From Tubiluchus corallicola (Eukaryota > Animalia > Priapulida), in NCBI GenBank assembly GCA_030141605.1, contig JAQGDQ010001161.1:1-58347 (forward strand): a stretch of DNA of 58,347 nucleotides, read 5' to 3'. Below the pieces are notes generated by a model. The model had not been told where the DNA came from. It searched no databases and was given only the letters and a program-made list of their open reading frames with translations. A program made the translations under genes and the position numbers. Of this stretch, positions 10,772 to 29,574 are shown piece after piece (position 1 is the first letter of the stretch; each line of letters begins with the position of its first letter).

Positions 10772-13600
10772 TCTTGAACTCTAAACGTCTACTGCTCATG
10801 CGTAGGAAAAACAGTTGTTTACATTCGAAAATTTTTGAAGACTTGAGCTTTAAACGTCTACTGCTCATGCGCAGGAAAAACAGTTGTTAACATTTGAACG
10901 TTTTTGAAGATTTGAGCTCTAAACGTCTACTGCTCATGCGCAGGAAAAACAGTTGTTAACATTTGAACATTTCTGAAGACTTGAGCTCTAAACGTCTACT
11001 GCTCATGCGCAGGAAAAACAGTTGTTAACATTTGAACATTTCTGAAGACTTGAGCTCTAAACGTCTACTGCTCATGCGCAGGAAAAACAGTTGTTTACAT
11101 TTGAACATTTCTGAAGACTTGAGCTCTAAACGTCTACTGCTCATGCGCAGGAAAAACAGTTGTTTACATTTGAACATTTCTGAAAACTTGAGCTCTAAAC
11201 GTCTACTGCTCATGCGCAGGAAAAACAGTTGTTTACATTTGAACATTTCTGAAGACTTGAGCTCTAAACATCTACTGCTCATGCGCAGGAAAAATAGTTG
11301 TTAACATTTGAAAATTTCTGAAGATTTGAGCTCTAAACATCTACTGCTCATGCGCAGGAAAAACAGTTGTTTACATTTCAATATTTTTAAAGACTTGAGC
11401 TCTTAACGTCTACTGCTCATGCGCAGGAAAAACAGTTGTTTACATTTGAACATTTTTGAAGACTTGAACTCTAAACGTCTACTGCTCATGCGTAGGAAAA
11501 ACAGTTGTTTACATTTGAACGTTTTTGAAGATTTGAGCTCTAAACGTCTACTGCTCATGCGCAGGAAAAACAGTTGTTTACATTTGAAAGTTTTTGAAGA
11601 CTTGAGCTCTAAATGTCTACTGCTCATGCGCAGGAAAAACAGTTGTTAACATTTGAACATTTCTGAAGACTTGAGCTCTAAACGTCTACTGCTCATGCGC
11701 AGGAAAAACAGTTGTTAACATTTGAACATTTCTGAAGACTTGAGCTCTAAACGTCTACTGCTCATGCGCAGGAAAAACAGTTGTTAACATTTGAACATTT
11801 CTGAAGACTTGAGCTCTAAACGTCTACTGCTCATGCGCAGGAAAAACAGTTGTTTACATTTGAACATTTCTGAAGACTTGAGCTCTAAACGTCTACTGCT
11901 CATGCGCAGGAAAAACAGTTGTTAACATTTGAACATTTCTGAAGATTTGAGCTCTAAACGTCTACTGCTCATGCGCAGGAAAAACAGTTGTTTACATTTG
12001 AACATTTCTGAAAACTTGAGCTCTAAACGTCTACTGCTCATGCGCAGGAAAAACAGTTGTTTACATTTGAACATTTCTGAAAACTTGAGCTCTAAACGTC
12101 TACTGCTCATGCGCAGGAAAAACAGTTGTTTACATTTGAACATTTCTGAAGACTTGAGCTCTAAACATCTACTGCTCATGCGCAGGAAAAATAGTTGTTA
12201 ACATTTGAAAATTTCTGAAGATTTGAGCTCTAAACATCTACTGCTCATGCGCAGGAAAAACAGTTGTTTACATTTCAATATTTTTAAAGACTTGAGCTCT
12301 TAACGTCTACTGCTCATGCGCAGGAAAAACAGTTGTTAACATTTGAACATTTCTGAAGACTTGAACTCTAAACGTCTACTGCTCATGCGCAGGAAAAACA
12401 GTTGTTTACATTTGAAAATTTTTGAAGACTTGAGCTCTAAAAGTCTACTGCTCATGCGCAGGAAAAACAGTTGTTAACATTTGAACATTTCTGAAGACTT
12501 GAGCTCTAAACGTCTACTGCTCATGCGCAAGAAAAACAGTTGTTTACATTTGAAAATTTTTGAAGACTTGAGCTCTAAACGTCTACTGCTCATGCGCAGG
12601 AAAAACAGTTGTTAACATTTGAACATTTCTGAAAACTTGAGCTCTAAACGTCTACTGCTCATGCGCAGGAAAAACAGTTGTTAACATTTGAACATTTCTG
12701 AAAACTTGAGCTCTAAACGTCTACTGCTCATGCGCAGGAAAAACAGTTGTTAACATTTGAACATTTCTGAAGACTTGAGCTCTAAACATCTACTGCTCAT
12801 GCGCAGGAAAAATAGTTGTTAACATTTGAAAATTTCTGAAGATTTGCGCTCTAAACGTCTACTGCTCATGCGCAGGAAAAACAGTTGTTAACATTTGAAA
12901 ATTTCTGAAGACTTGAGCTCTAAACGTCTACTGCTCATGCGCAGGAAAAACAGTTGTTTACATTTGAACATTTCTGAAGATTTGAGCTCTAAACATCTAC
13001 TGCTCATGCGCAGGAAAAACAGTTGTTAACATTTGAAAATTTCTGAAGATTTGAGCTCTAAACGTCTACTGCTCATGCGCAGGAAAAACAGTTGTTTACA
13101 TTTGAACATTTCTGAAGATTTGAGCTCTAAACGTCTACTGCTCATGCGCAGGAAAAACAGTTGTTTACATTTGAACATTTCTGAAGATTTGAGCTCTAAA
13201 CGTCTACTGCTCATGCGCAGGAAAAACAGTTGCTTTCATTTGAAAATTTTTGAAGATTTGAGCTCTAAACGTGTACTGCTCATGCGCAGGAAAAACAGTT
13301 GTTAACATTTGAACGTTTCTGAAGACTTGAGCTCTAAACGTCTACTGCGCATGCGCAGGAAAAACAGTTGTTTACATTTGAAAATTTCTGAAGACTTGAG
13401 CTCTAAACGTCTATTGCTCATGCGCAGGAAAAACAGTTGTAAACATTTGAACGTTTCTGAAGACTTGAGCTCTAAACGTCTACTGCGCATGCGCAGGAAA
13501 AACAGTTGTTAACATTTGAACATTTCTGAAAACTTGAGCTCTAAACGTCTACTGCGCATGCGCAGGAAAAACAGTTGCTTACATTTGAACTTTTTTGAAG
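10772..13600. repeat. 69-bp tandem satellite, about 41 copies, in intron 1 of the C2HC gene
   Basis: Unit ttgagctctaaacgtctactgctcatgcgcaggaaaaacagttgttaacatttgaacatttctgaagac. No unique spacers. Confidence 0.97.
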
Positions 13601-13885
13601 AAACAAATAATTTAAGCAAAGTTTTGGATGCAATTAAAACAGCAAAAAGTACTAAATTAACGTAGATTTGTCTAGTGTTAGTTTAAATTTGCCACAAATG
13701 GATCAAAAAGTAAAAAAACTTAAATTATTGAATAAACACACTGATGTTCAGCATAACGGAAATAATAGTAAAAGTTGCGAAGAAAGAAATTATAAAATTC
13801 GTAATAGTATAAGTGGGTTAAAAATCGAATAAATTGTAGTCCTATTCAGTTTTTTTCGAAAATCAGCCTTAAATTTTACATGCAG

Positions 13886-14355
13886 TAGAGATGGGCGGAT
13901 AGCTGATTTGCAGTCATGCGGATGCGGTGTCCGCATTGATTATGCGAATGCGGATGTATTATTTGCAGATATGCGGATTTTTAATGTCAAAAATTTGGGA
14001 TTTTACGCGAAATTTCAGCACGCAAAAACCACGCATAGAAAATTTCCGACGCAAAACATTCCTTACAATTACAAATATTATAGTTTTTTGCTCGAACATT
14101 TTATGGTTTGTGGTGGGTCACCGTGGGTGTGTTGGGGTGGTATAGCAACGTGCTGTGTAGCGTGCTGTGGGTAGTCGTTTACAAGCAAAATTGCTTTACG
14201 TCGTCTGGCCTCTCAATTTATCATTGAATAGTGATTATAACTTCATACAAAAAGCGGTTTTAACACAATAGGGCACGGGATTATGTGACGCGGATCTTAA
14301 AAATTTCAGTCAATCCGCGTTTTGCGGATGCGGACACGTCAGTTACGGACTTCGC
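13886..14355. mobile_element. hAT-like MITE remnant
   Basis: Starts tagagatgggc with subterminal gcggat repeats; right end not defined. Confidence 0.4.
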
Positions 14356-14759
14356 AGTTTGAATTCATAAAATTAGGCCCTATAATATTTGGAATCAAAT
14401 TAAAATTGAAACTAAAAGCTTCCTGTAGTAATTAGGGAATAATATATTATATATATGTATATACATATCGAAATATATATAAAGATATCTAAATATCCAA
14501 GAATTAACACAAAAAACTTGCAATGTCAAATAGCCACATACTCACATAGCCGCACGTGTCTGCCATGTTGAAAATTTATAAAAAACATTTTCTTACCTTA
14601 AAAATTTTGCTCGATTAAAAGCACATTACAGCAATCATTAATAATTATAAAGATCACTTACGATATGCACAATACTCAACAATACACAATAAATAAATAT
14701 AAAAGTAAATGGTATTCATTACAAGATATTAAATAATAAAGTCGCACTATCGTACTTAC

Positions 14760-14870
14760 GTCGCTCAAAAACTAAGGAGACTGTATGTCAGTTGTCCAGG
14801 TCTTTTATACTCGAAATGGTTTCGGACGGGTCTATTTTAACAAGAAAGGGTGGAGTCTTTAGCCAATCAG
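14760..14870 (-). promoter_or_regulatory. Core promoter and first non-coding exon of the C2HC gene
   Basis: Minus-strand TATAAAA at 14809-14803, Inr-like CAGT near 14782, donor gtaagt at 14759, GC/GT box at 14848-14855, CCAAT at 14863-14867. Confidence 0.6.
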
Positions 14871-15090
14871 TGTTCTCAGAATTGTAAACGTGTTGTACAG
14901 CGTAATACAGTAGCCCAGTAGTAGGTCTAGCCCAGTTGTAGGTCTAGTAGAATAGCCCAGGAGTAGGTTTAGCTAACATTTCAGTACTGCAGGTATTTCA
15001 GTTCTAAACAATCAACAACCATAACTGTATGTATACGTGACTGCAGTATAGTGTATGTTTGGATACGTTGATCATGGCCGCCAAGCAAAT

Positions 15091-15322
<232 letters not shown>

Positions 15323-15434
15323 TATGCAACAACTTTACAACTGATAATGTAACAAATTCACGATTGTTATAAAATAAACTTAGTATTGTTAAATTTTGAA
15401 ACGAAACTTGGCTGAAAGAAAATTGTAGGTGTAC

Positions 15435-15495
15435 AGCCTGCATTTGAACCAGGAACTCTTTGTTTACAAGTCGACGCTGTGACCACTACATTATT
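15435..15495 (-). mobile_element. tRNA-derived SINE head
   Basis: Reverse strand reads aatgtagtggtc...ggttcaaatgcaggc (A and B boxes). Confidence 0.5.
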
Positions 15496-16463
15496 TCACT
15501 CGCGAACGGTGATCATGAGAGATGTGTATTTAATCTGCATAATTCATGAGAGATGTATAATGGACGTTTTCCCGACAAGTCAAAAAGAAATGGCATCTAT
15601 CTTCATGTGTCAAGACATTTTATTTACGTGGACATTTATTTATGTATGTATGATAGATCAGTACTAGTAATGTAAGCAATGATAGTTCAAAAAACAAAAG
15701 AGAAAATCATTAATCCTATACATAGGAAGAAACAGCTTAAACTTAGGAGAAACACAGATAATAATGCCAGAAAAACTAACAACAGTAAGAACAAAAATTA
15801 ATAGTTTGTAAGTACTTTGTTAGAGTTACATAAATTGACAAGAGATGGCGCCACACACACACACGTTCGCTTAGAAACTGTTGACGCAAAGCCGCTGTTC
15901 TGACGTCATCCATTATACTCTGTCGATAACCTTATAGCTTTAATTCAGTAAAAGCTGATGGCTTTGCGTAAAACAGACAAGCACTAGGTAGAATGTTCGC
16001 GCATTTTTGATTATAAGTGTATTTATCAGCAAAGATTTATAAGCAAAAATTTTTTGCGGGGCCTTTGCTAGTGACAAATTAATATTCTAGCAGCCAAAGT
16101 TACTTAATTGAGTAGCCTTATGAGTTTACGTAGGCAAATTAATATTCTAAAGGCTAAAATTGTTTACTGAGTACTGTTACGAGAGCAGGTATTGTATTGG
16201 TGCTGAATTAACTTGAAAAAGAATAACATAATCATTCAAAAAATAAATTCAATTCTCGCACAGCCTGTCCACATACACAGTGAGTTGGTCGAAGGTGGTG
16301 TCTGTCCTTTATTCTGTCTATGTTGCATCTCTTTATTTCTCATCAACTATGCCACGTCATATAGGATCTTCATTATTTTTTCATTTTATTTTTTATAACT
16401 TTATTCTAATGTATAATATTATTCTTTATTATAATATTAATAAAGCCAATATGACTGTGACCT

Positions 16464-16815
16464 AAAGGTTCCTGGTTGTGATTTTCAGACATTTTTATGT
16501 TTAAAAATCAATAATTCTAGGTCATATCCTTTTCAGTCTTTTTAATGCAAAAGCTGCCCGTAGATGGCGCTAGCATGCGACTAAGTCTTAGAAATTTTGG
16601 TATAGGATCTTCATTATTTTTTTATTTTATTTTTTACAACTTTATTCTTTCTTCTGTTTTTAATCTCCAGAAATGAAAAAATGTTCAAATTATTGTTCAA
16701 CGATGTTTCAAATTATTATAATATTAATAAAGCCAACATGACTGTGAGCTATGGCGATGTTACAACGTAAGACATGTAATAATCGTAACGGCTTGCTGAA
16801 TTTTGTCTAATAACT
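16464..16815 (+). repeat. Dispersed repeat, near-identical to 29010-29360
   Basis: About 350 bp shared, including cccgtagatggcgctagcatgcgactaag. Confidence 0.85.
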
Positions 16816-17674
16816 TTAAAAATTTATTTGATTTTTCTAATTTTTTAAATCCATAGGTCATTTCCGAACATCGCGTATTCAATTCAATTTATTTGACTAA
16901 ATAATGGAAACGTATAATTCCGTAATTCATTTCTATTTGTCGAGAAGTTTCTGAAACTTACCGAATTTTGTGAATACAATAACTTCTCATTCAACTTAAT
17001 GTTAACCTTGCTATTGGTTTTACTGCTTCATATTAGCCTGTATTATTCTGGTTTTGCACAGCTGTTAAGTACTATACTATAAAATAAAATTCTGACCTTG
17101 TACTTGGTGATTTCCTTGCTAGCAGTGCTCTTAACCACCTGTCTATTAATATCTTGTAAATTGCTAAAATCTCGTGAAAATCATGATTTTTTTTCTCTTA
17201 CTGTGTTTGTATTAAACTTAATAGTTTTGGTTGTGCAGTAGAAGTGAATAAATTTGTCGTTATTATTGTGGTGGCCACATTTTACATGATTGTTGAGTTG
17301 TTTGGTAATGAATATTTTTTATGCTCATGATTAAGTACTGCAGAACAGAAAGACAGACAAATGCAATTATAATCAAAACACTAAAATATAAGAGTTATGC
17401 ATATTTTACAAACAGAATACAAAGCTCTTTTAATTACAGCAGTTGTTACTAAATAATGTAATATGGTCATTCGGTTTTAACATTCATTTTTTCTGTCTGG
17501 GTATTAAAATTAAAACGAAATTAAAGTTTTCGATGCCATCCATCGTATAAAAAGTGTAATCTGTGGGCAAAATAGTTGACTTGATTAATTGGTAATAAGT
17601 TCATTGTTATTTGAATAAATGTATACATCAACTAATTACATACAGTTAACAAAGGCAAAAAATGACAAAAAATA

Positions 17675-21455
<3,781 letters not shown>

Positions 21456-22097
21456 AACAGCTTTTATCCAAGCCCAAAGCCACACACGCGCCTAAAATTC
21501 TGTAGAAGTTGTTCCCCGCACGCTCCATGATAAGATTCGTACTTTCTCATCTCCGGTTTTTAATGCAAATTAAACAGCATTGACTTTACCTTAACGTATA
21601 TATATATTGATCGCACATATATTATTTAATTCTTATTTTATGAGAAAGCCCAATCCGAGCAAAATGTCAGTTTTCTTTTATTTTTATTTTTGCTAACAAC
21701 AGGAAATGTAAGACTGTCACGTGTATGTGTTTAACTACATGATGATTTTAATGCTTGTGTCCATCTGCCTAATGCAACCAAATGAAGAAATTACAATTAA
21801 ATATTAAGTGCACAACGTAATTAACGTAACTATCCGACATATTTAAAGAGCAATGCAAACTAACTGAAGATCAAATCTCTAATCTCCGTGGATATTTCAA
21901 ATACAATAAAAGCAAGAGATTTCTCTTTTTGTACCCGGACTGAATTAAATGAAATTTCAACGTTTATGATGGAGGATTAATTATATAGAAATAATTGTTT
22001 GGCACTTTCAAGTATAATTATTTAAATTAATAATTGTCATTTCTGTCTGTTTATTGTTTTGTTTTCCGTATTCATGTATGTATTGTAAATATGTAAC

Positions 22098-22183
<86 letters not shown>

Positions 22184-22511
22184 TTGATGGTGATGATGAT
22201 GTTGATGATGATGATGAAAACTCTCTTCATAAATAAAGCTTAAAAATTCGTCTTCAAATTTTATATCACTCACATGCTGTCAGTAGCACACATGCATTCG
22301 TATTACACGTTTTGTCATTCTCTAAGGAAAAGTATTAATTACTCTATATTTAAGAATTTTCATTTCCACTTACATAAGTCTTTCAAACACTTAAGTGTAA
22401 TGCTGAAAAAAAACTTTGGAAAGTTTTTTTGCGATATACTTCAAAATTTCCTTTGTTTCTCTTTAACCCTTTCATTTTGAGGCATTTATGCAGTTAAAAA
22501 ATAATACTTAC

Positions 22512-22781
22512 TGGGACAACTTCCTCCGGACTCCAATCTTTCAAGAAGCTGACTCTCTTGTCCTTTTTTCATTTTCATCAATTGTAGATAAATTGACGGC
22601 GAATCAATAAAAAAATATCAATAATTAGCTGGTTGGTTAGACAGAACGCTATTATTCTGTGTACGCAAAGCCTTCTTATAAATAAAAAAACATTTATTTT
22701 TATAAGACAAATTTCTATTCAACGATACCTGTAGGTCCAAAATAATGTCAGACGTATATAAACTAGCTGACAAAATTTCAT
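22512..22781 (-). pseudogene. Defensin-like copy D: 5' exons only
   Basis: MKFCQLVYIRLTLFWTY (22781-22729) and ...LERLESGGSCP (22562-22512). No downstream Cys-rich exon found. Confidence 0.5.
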
Positions 22782-23600
22782 TGCATATTAATAATATACA
22801 TAGCTGAAAAGACAATACCTCTTATGCAAGCAATGTTAAGATAATTACTCCTAAAATTAAAACTCTCTTTTCCCCTTTCTTTCTCCTGTTTCTCTTTCTT
22901 CACTTCCTGTCTTTTCCTCTTTCTTTCTCCTGTTTCTCTTTCCTCACTTCCTGTCTTTTCCTCTTTCTTTCTCCTGTTTCTCTTTCTTCACTTCCTGTCT
23001 TTTCCTCTTTCTTTCTCCTGTTTCTCTTTCTTCACTTCCTGTCTTTTCCTATTTCTTTCTCTTGCATATATTCTGTAGTTGAATTAGAAGTGACGGGCTG
23101 TGTAAAACTCTGCCGGTTTTATAATCATACCACAAGTTAAACTTAATTTTATTAATTAAGATCATTTTAGTAACCGAGACCATTACCTATTATAAAAATA
23201 CATGATAAACCCCAGACTGTAAGAATTCTAAAGACTAATTTAAAAGAAAACAGATTAATTACCAATTAAATGCCTTATCATGAAAATTATATTTAACTCA
23301 AAATTTGAGGAAATACCGAGAATACATTAAGTCATCTGTCATACAATTTTATTTAACACTGAATATGTTTATAGATTCAATGTGTTTATGCTATTAGTAA
23401 GCTACGGCGAATATTGGTTCACCTCTTGTTTGTTGCCATTACATCGAAAAAATTACAGTTTAAAAACTAGTTTTTGCATTAATGTTTGCAATTACGAATC
23501 TAATTAATACTTTTATAGCAGACGCATTATAATCACTAGAAATTAAATCTATTAATAGACGACTAAAAGCACAGCTGACGACTGATCTGAGGTCCTCACA

Positions 23601-24175
23601 TCATCGTGATAGACAGATGCAGTTATTGTTACAGTCGCAAAAGCCAGTAAAGTACCGTTTGGCCGTCAGGAGGCACCTGCGATGACATCCAGGTGTATGG
23701 GTACCTACATAAACGTAAAAAGTCATTAAACGACTTAATGTGCAAAATGCAAAGAAACGTGAAAACCTCAGTAAACACAAACGTAAATTTATTTCGCAGG
23801 AAACATCTTCAAAATATACAATGTGCATGTGCTACGTCTCAGGTATGTGGCTAGCTATGTTTGGTGTAAATTTATCCTGAATAAATTTATTGTAATAAAT
23901 CGAATAATTTAATTTAATTAAACAATCATTTAACCACAAAATACCAAAACGCAAGACTCAGCAATCATAAACCCAAAAAGAAAATTTACAAGAAAAGAAC
24001 ATAAAAAAATAAGAAAACGAAAAACTCTTTACATTCATTGAGCCAAATCATACGGTGCATTGCGTAGAGTAAAGAATGTTATTTTCCTAATTACGTGACC
24101 TTCTCTTTTACGCTATTTACTGTACTTATGTAATTTAAAAACACATTCTGATCAGATATTTAAACCTATTTTTCA

Positions 24176-24210
<35 letters not shown>

Positions 24211-24213
24211 GTA

Positions 24214-24286
<73 letters not shown>

Positions 24287-24944
24287 CAACAACAATAATA
24301 ATAATAATAATAATAATGTTGATGATGAAAATGATGATGATGGTGATGGTGGTGATGATGATGTTGATGGTGATGATGATGAAAACTCTCTTCATAAATA
24401 AAGCTTAAAAATTCGTCTTCAAATTTTATATCACTCAGATGCTGTCAGTAGCACACATGCATTCGTACTACACGTTTTGTCATTCTCTAAGGAAAAGTAT
24501 TAATTACTCTATATTTAAGAATTTTCATTTCCACTTACATAAGTCTTTCAAACGCTTAAGTGTAATGCTGAAAAAAAATTGCAAAGTTTTTTTGCGATAT
24601 ACTTCAAAATTTCCTTTGTTTCTCTTTAACCCTTTCATTTTGAGGCATTTATGCAGTTAAAAAATAATACTTACTGGGACAACTTCCTCCGGACTCCAAT
24701 CTTTCAAGAAGCTGACTCTCTTGTCCTTTTTTCATTTTCATCAATTGTAGATAAATTGACGGCGAATCAATAAAAAAATATCAATAATTAGCTGGTTGGT
24801 TAGACAGAACGCTATTATTCTGTGTACGCAAAGCCTTCTTATAAATAAAAAAACATTTATTTTTATAAGACAAATTTCTATTCAACGATACCTGTAGGTC
24901 CAAAATAATGTCAGACGTATATAAACTAGCTGACAACATTTCAT
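23601..24944 (-). CDS. CS-alpha-beta defensin-like peptide, copy A (possibly a pseudogene)
   Basis: Exon ending at 24675 (GGSCP, phase 1) joins 23704-23601: GGSCPSTHTPGCHRRCLLTAKRYFTGFCDCNNNCICLSR*, a C..CxxxC..GxC..CxC pattern. The candidate signal exon 24944-24892 does not join in frame by simple splicing. Confidence 0.7.
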
Positions 24945-25762
24945 TGCATATTAATAATATACATAGCTGAAAAGACAATACCTCTTATGCAAGCAATGTT
25001 AAGATAATTACTCCTAAAATTAAAACTCTCTTTTCCCCTTTCTTTCTCCTGTTTCTCTTTCTTCACTTCCTGTCTTTTCCTTTTTCTTTCACCTGTTTCT
25101 CTTTCCTCACTTCCTGTCTTTTCCTCTTTCTTTCTCCTGTTTCTCTTTCTTCACTTCCTGTCTTTTCCTCTTTCTTTCTCCTGTTTCTCTTTCTTCACTT
25201 CCTGTCTTTTCCTATTTCTTTCTCTTGCATATATTCTGTAGTTGAATTAGAAGTGACGGGCTGTGTAAAACTCTGCCGGTTTTATAATCATACCACAAGT
25301 TAAACTTAATTTTATTAATTAAGATCATTTTAGTAACCGAGACCAGTACCTATTATAAAAATACATGATAAACCCCAGACTGTAAGAATTCTAAAGACTA
25401 ATTTAAAAGAAAACAGATTAATTACCAATTAAATGCCTTATCATGAAAATTATATTTAACTCAAAATTTGAGGAAATACCGAGAATACATTAAGTCATCT
25501 GTCATACAATTTTATTTAACACTGAATATGTTTATAGATTCAATGTGTTTATGCTATTAGTAAGCTATGGCAAATATTGGTTCACCTCTTCTTTGTTGCC
25601 ATTACATCGAAAAAATTACAGTTTAAAAACTAGTTTTTGCATTAATGTTTGCAATCATGAATCTAATTAAACTTTTATAGCAGACGCATTATAATCACTA
25701 GAAATTAAATCTATTAATAGACGACTAAAAGCACAGCTGACGACTGATCTCAGGTCCTCACA

Positions 25763-26925
<1,163 letters not shown>

Positions 26926-27623
26926 TGCATATTAATAATATACATTGCTAGCATAATAGTTATTGTCTTTTGAGCTATGTTAAGATAATTACTCCTAAAA
27001 TTAAAACTCTCTTTCCCCTTTTCTTTCTCCTCTTTCTCTTTCTTCACTTCCTGTTTTTTCCTCTTTCTTTCTCTTGCACATATTATGTAGTTGAATTAGG
27101 AGTGAAGGACTGTGTAAAACTCTGCCGGATTTATAATCATACCACAAGTTAAACTTAATTTTATTAATTAAGATCATTTTAGTAAACAAGACCATTGCCT
27201 ATTATAAATATGCAATGCAATACATGACAAACCCCAGACTGTAAGAATTCTAAAGATTAATTTAAAAGAAAACGAAATAATTACCAATTAAATGCCTTAT
27301 CATGAAAATTATATTTAACTCAAAATTTGAGGAAATACCGAGAATACATTAAGTCATCTGTCATACAATTTTATTTAACACTGAATATGTTTATAGATTC
27401 AATGTGTTTATGCTATTAGTAAGCTATGGCAAATATTGGTTCACCTCCTGTTTGTTGCCATTACATCGAAAAAATTACAGTTTAAAAACTAGTTTTTGCA
27501 TTAATGTTTGCAATTACGAATCTAATTAATACTTTTATAGCAGACGCATTATAATCACTAGAAATTAAATCTATTAATAGACGACTAAAAGCACAGCTGA
27601 CGACTGATCTCAGGTCCTCACAT

Positions 27624-27730
27624 CTAGCATGATAAACAGATGCAGCGATTGTTACAGTCGCAATAGCCAGTATAGTACAGTGTAGTCTCGATGCTGCGGC
27701 ACCTCTGATGACATCCAGGTGTATGGGATT
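27624..27730 (-). CDS. Defensin-like copy C, terminal exon
   Basis: SHTPGCHQRCRSIETTLYYTGYCDCNNRCICLSC*, resembling the CHxHCRSI..GGYC..CxC pattern of invertebrate defensins. Upstream exons not identified. Confidence 0.65.
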
Positions 27731-29009
27731 CTACATAAACGTAAAAAGTCATTAAACGACTTAATGTGCAAAATGCAAAGAAACGCGAAAACCTCAGTAA
27801 ACACAAACGTAAATTTATTTCGCAGAAAACATCTTCAAAATATACAATGCGCATGTGCTACGTCTCAGGTATGTGGCTAGCTATGTTTGGTGTAAATTTA
27901 TCCTGAATAAATTTATTGTAATAAATCGAATAATTTAATTTAATTAAACAATCATTTATCCACAAAATATCAAAACGCAAGAGTCACCAAACATAAACCC
28001 AAAAAGGAAATTTACAAGAATTTGGCGTTTTTAGCACCTTGGCACTCTACGAATTCTTGGCAGACTGGCAGAGAGGACTAGTATCATTTATTCATTGACT
28101 TCTGAGAGACAAAAACATAAAAAAGCTTGCAATAACTTACAACGAACGAATATAATAAAATACCATGGCAGACTGTGGCTAGAAATGGCTAGAAATGGCT
28201 AGCCTACCTGCCATTTTGACCTTGGTCCAGAACTGTTCTAACAAAACAATTATACCAAATGCTGTGATGACAAAATGCTCATGTGAGACCCGAGTGGAGC
28301 AGATTTAATAATCTCAGAATTTTACCTACTATTTAGATAGTACATTATTAATTAAGTAAACTGTTATAAATTATTTATATTTTATTTATTTATTTTATCC
28401 TATATTTCAGCACGCAGACTATTAACAGATCAAATAACTGTCAGTTTTAAAATTTTATCAATTTTAAAGGCAGAAAATATTCTCGTGTCCCACGGGATAC
28501 AACAGGTATGAAAGGGTTAATACCTTAACACTAACCACCAACATAAATAACAAAATTCTTTAATGCAATTTTTAATGTAAAATGAAATAATTTAAATCGC
28601 AAGAAATGCTTTTTTAATTCGAGGTACTTAAGATGAACATTTAATAACGACGTCTTTGCTGCAGGCCTGCATTAAAATCATTCCATTAAAAATTAGTAAG
28701 CGTTTCACAACAACACATAGCACATTAAAAATCTATTTTAGACACGTTGATAAACCTGTATACGTTACTGTCATCACGGACAACGGCAAGGACACCACTA
28801 GCAGTCTAAGGTAATTGATAAGTAATTAAGTCTGAATCTCAACTGTTGCCAAAATTACGTTATTGAAGCAAAACCGGACACAAACTTAAACGTAGATGGC
28901 GCCAGCATGCGACTAAGTCTTGTCTTGGTGGTTGAACTATTAAGCTTCAATTAGGACTTTTCCTCGTCACCACTTGTGACTAGTGTTCATGGTACTGAAC
29001 TTGTAATCT

Positions 29010-29360
29010 AAAAGTTCCTGGTTGTGATTTTCAGACATTTTTATGTTTAAAAATCAATAATTATAGGTCATATCCTTTTCAGTCTTTTTAATACAAAAGC
29101 TGCCCGTAGATGGCGCTAGCATGCGACTAAGTCTTAGAAATTTTGGTATAGGATCTTCATTATTTTTTTATTTTTTTTACAACTTTATTCTTTCTTCTTT
29201 TTTTAATCTCCAGAAATGAAAAAATGTTCAAATTATTGTTCAACGATGTTTCAAATTATTATAATATTAATAAAGCCAACATGACTGTGAGCTATGGCGA
29301 TGTTACAACGTAAGACATGTAATAATCGTAACGGCTTGCTAGATTTTGTCTAACAACTTT
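29010..29360 (+). repeat. Dispersed repeat, copy of 16464-16815
   Basis: Direct comparison. Confidence 0.85.
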
Positions 29361-29574
29361 CTACGCTTATTTTTTTCCGCATTTTCATGCAGGAATAATT
29401 ATGTTTTTCGTATCAATTATATCATATCTACTGTTTGAATAAACATTTTGGCATTATTATGTTTTGTTTTAGTAATACTTTACAGTTCATTTGGTGCTTG
29501 AGAACGGATTATTTGCTTTTTCATCATTTCTTATGGGAATAAATGATTCGGTTCTCAAGCAAATCGGTTTCAGT

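Noticed and set aside
10772-13600. CRISPR-like array or repeat-protein ORFs
   Set aside because: The units are contiguous with no unique spacers, there are no cas genes, and the context is eukaryotic. The ORFs arise because 69 is a multiple of 3.
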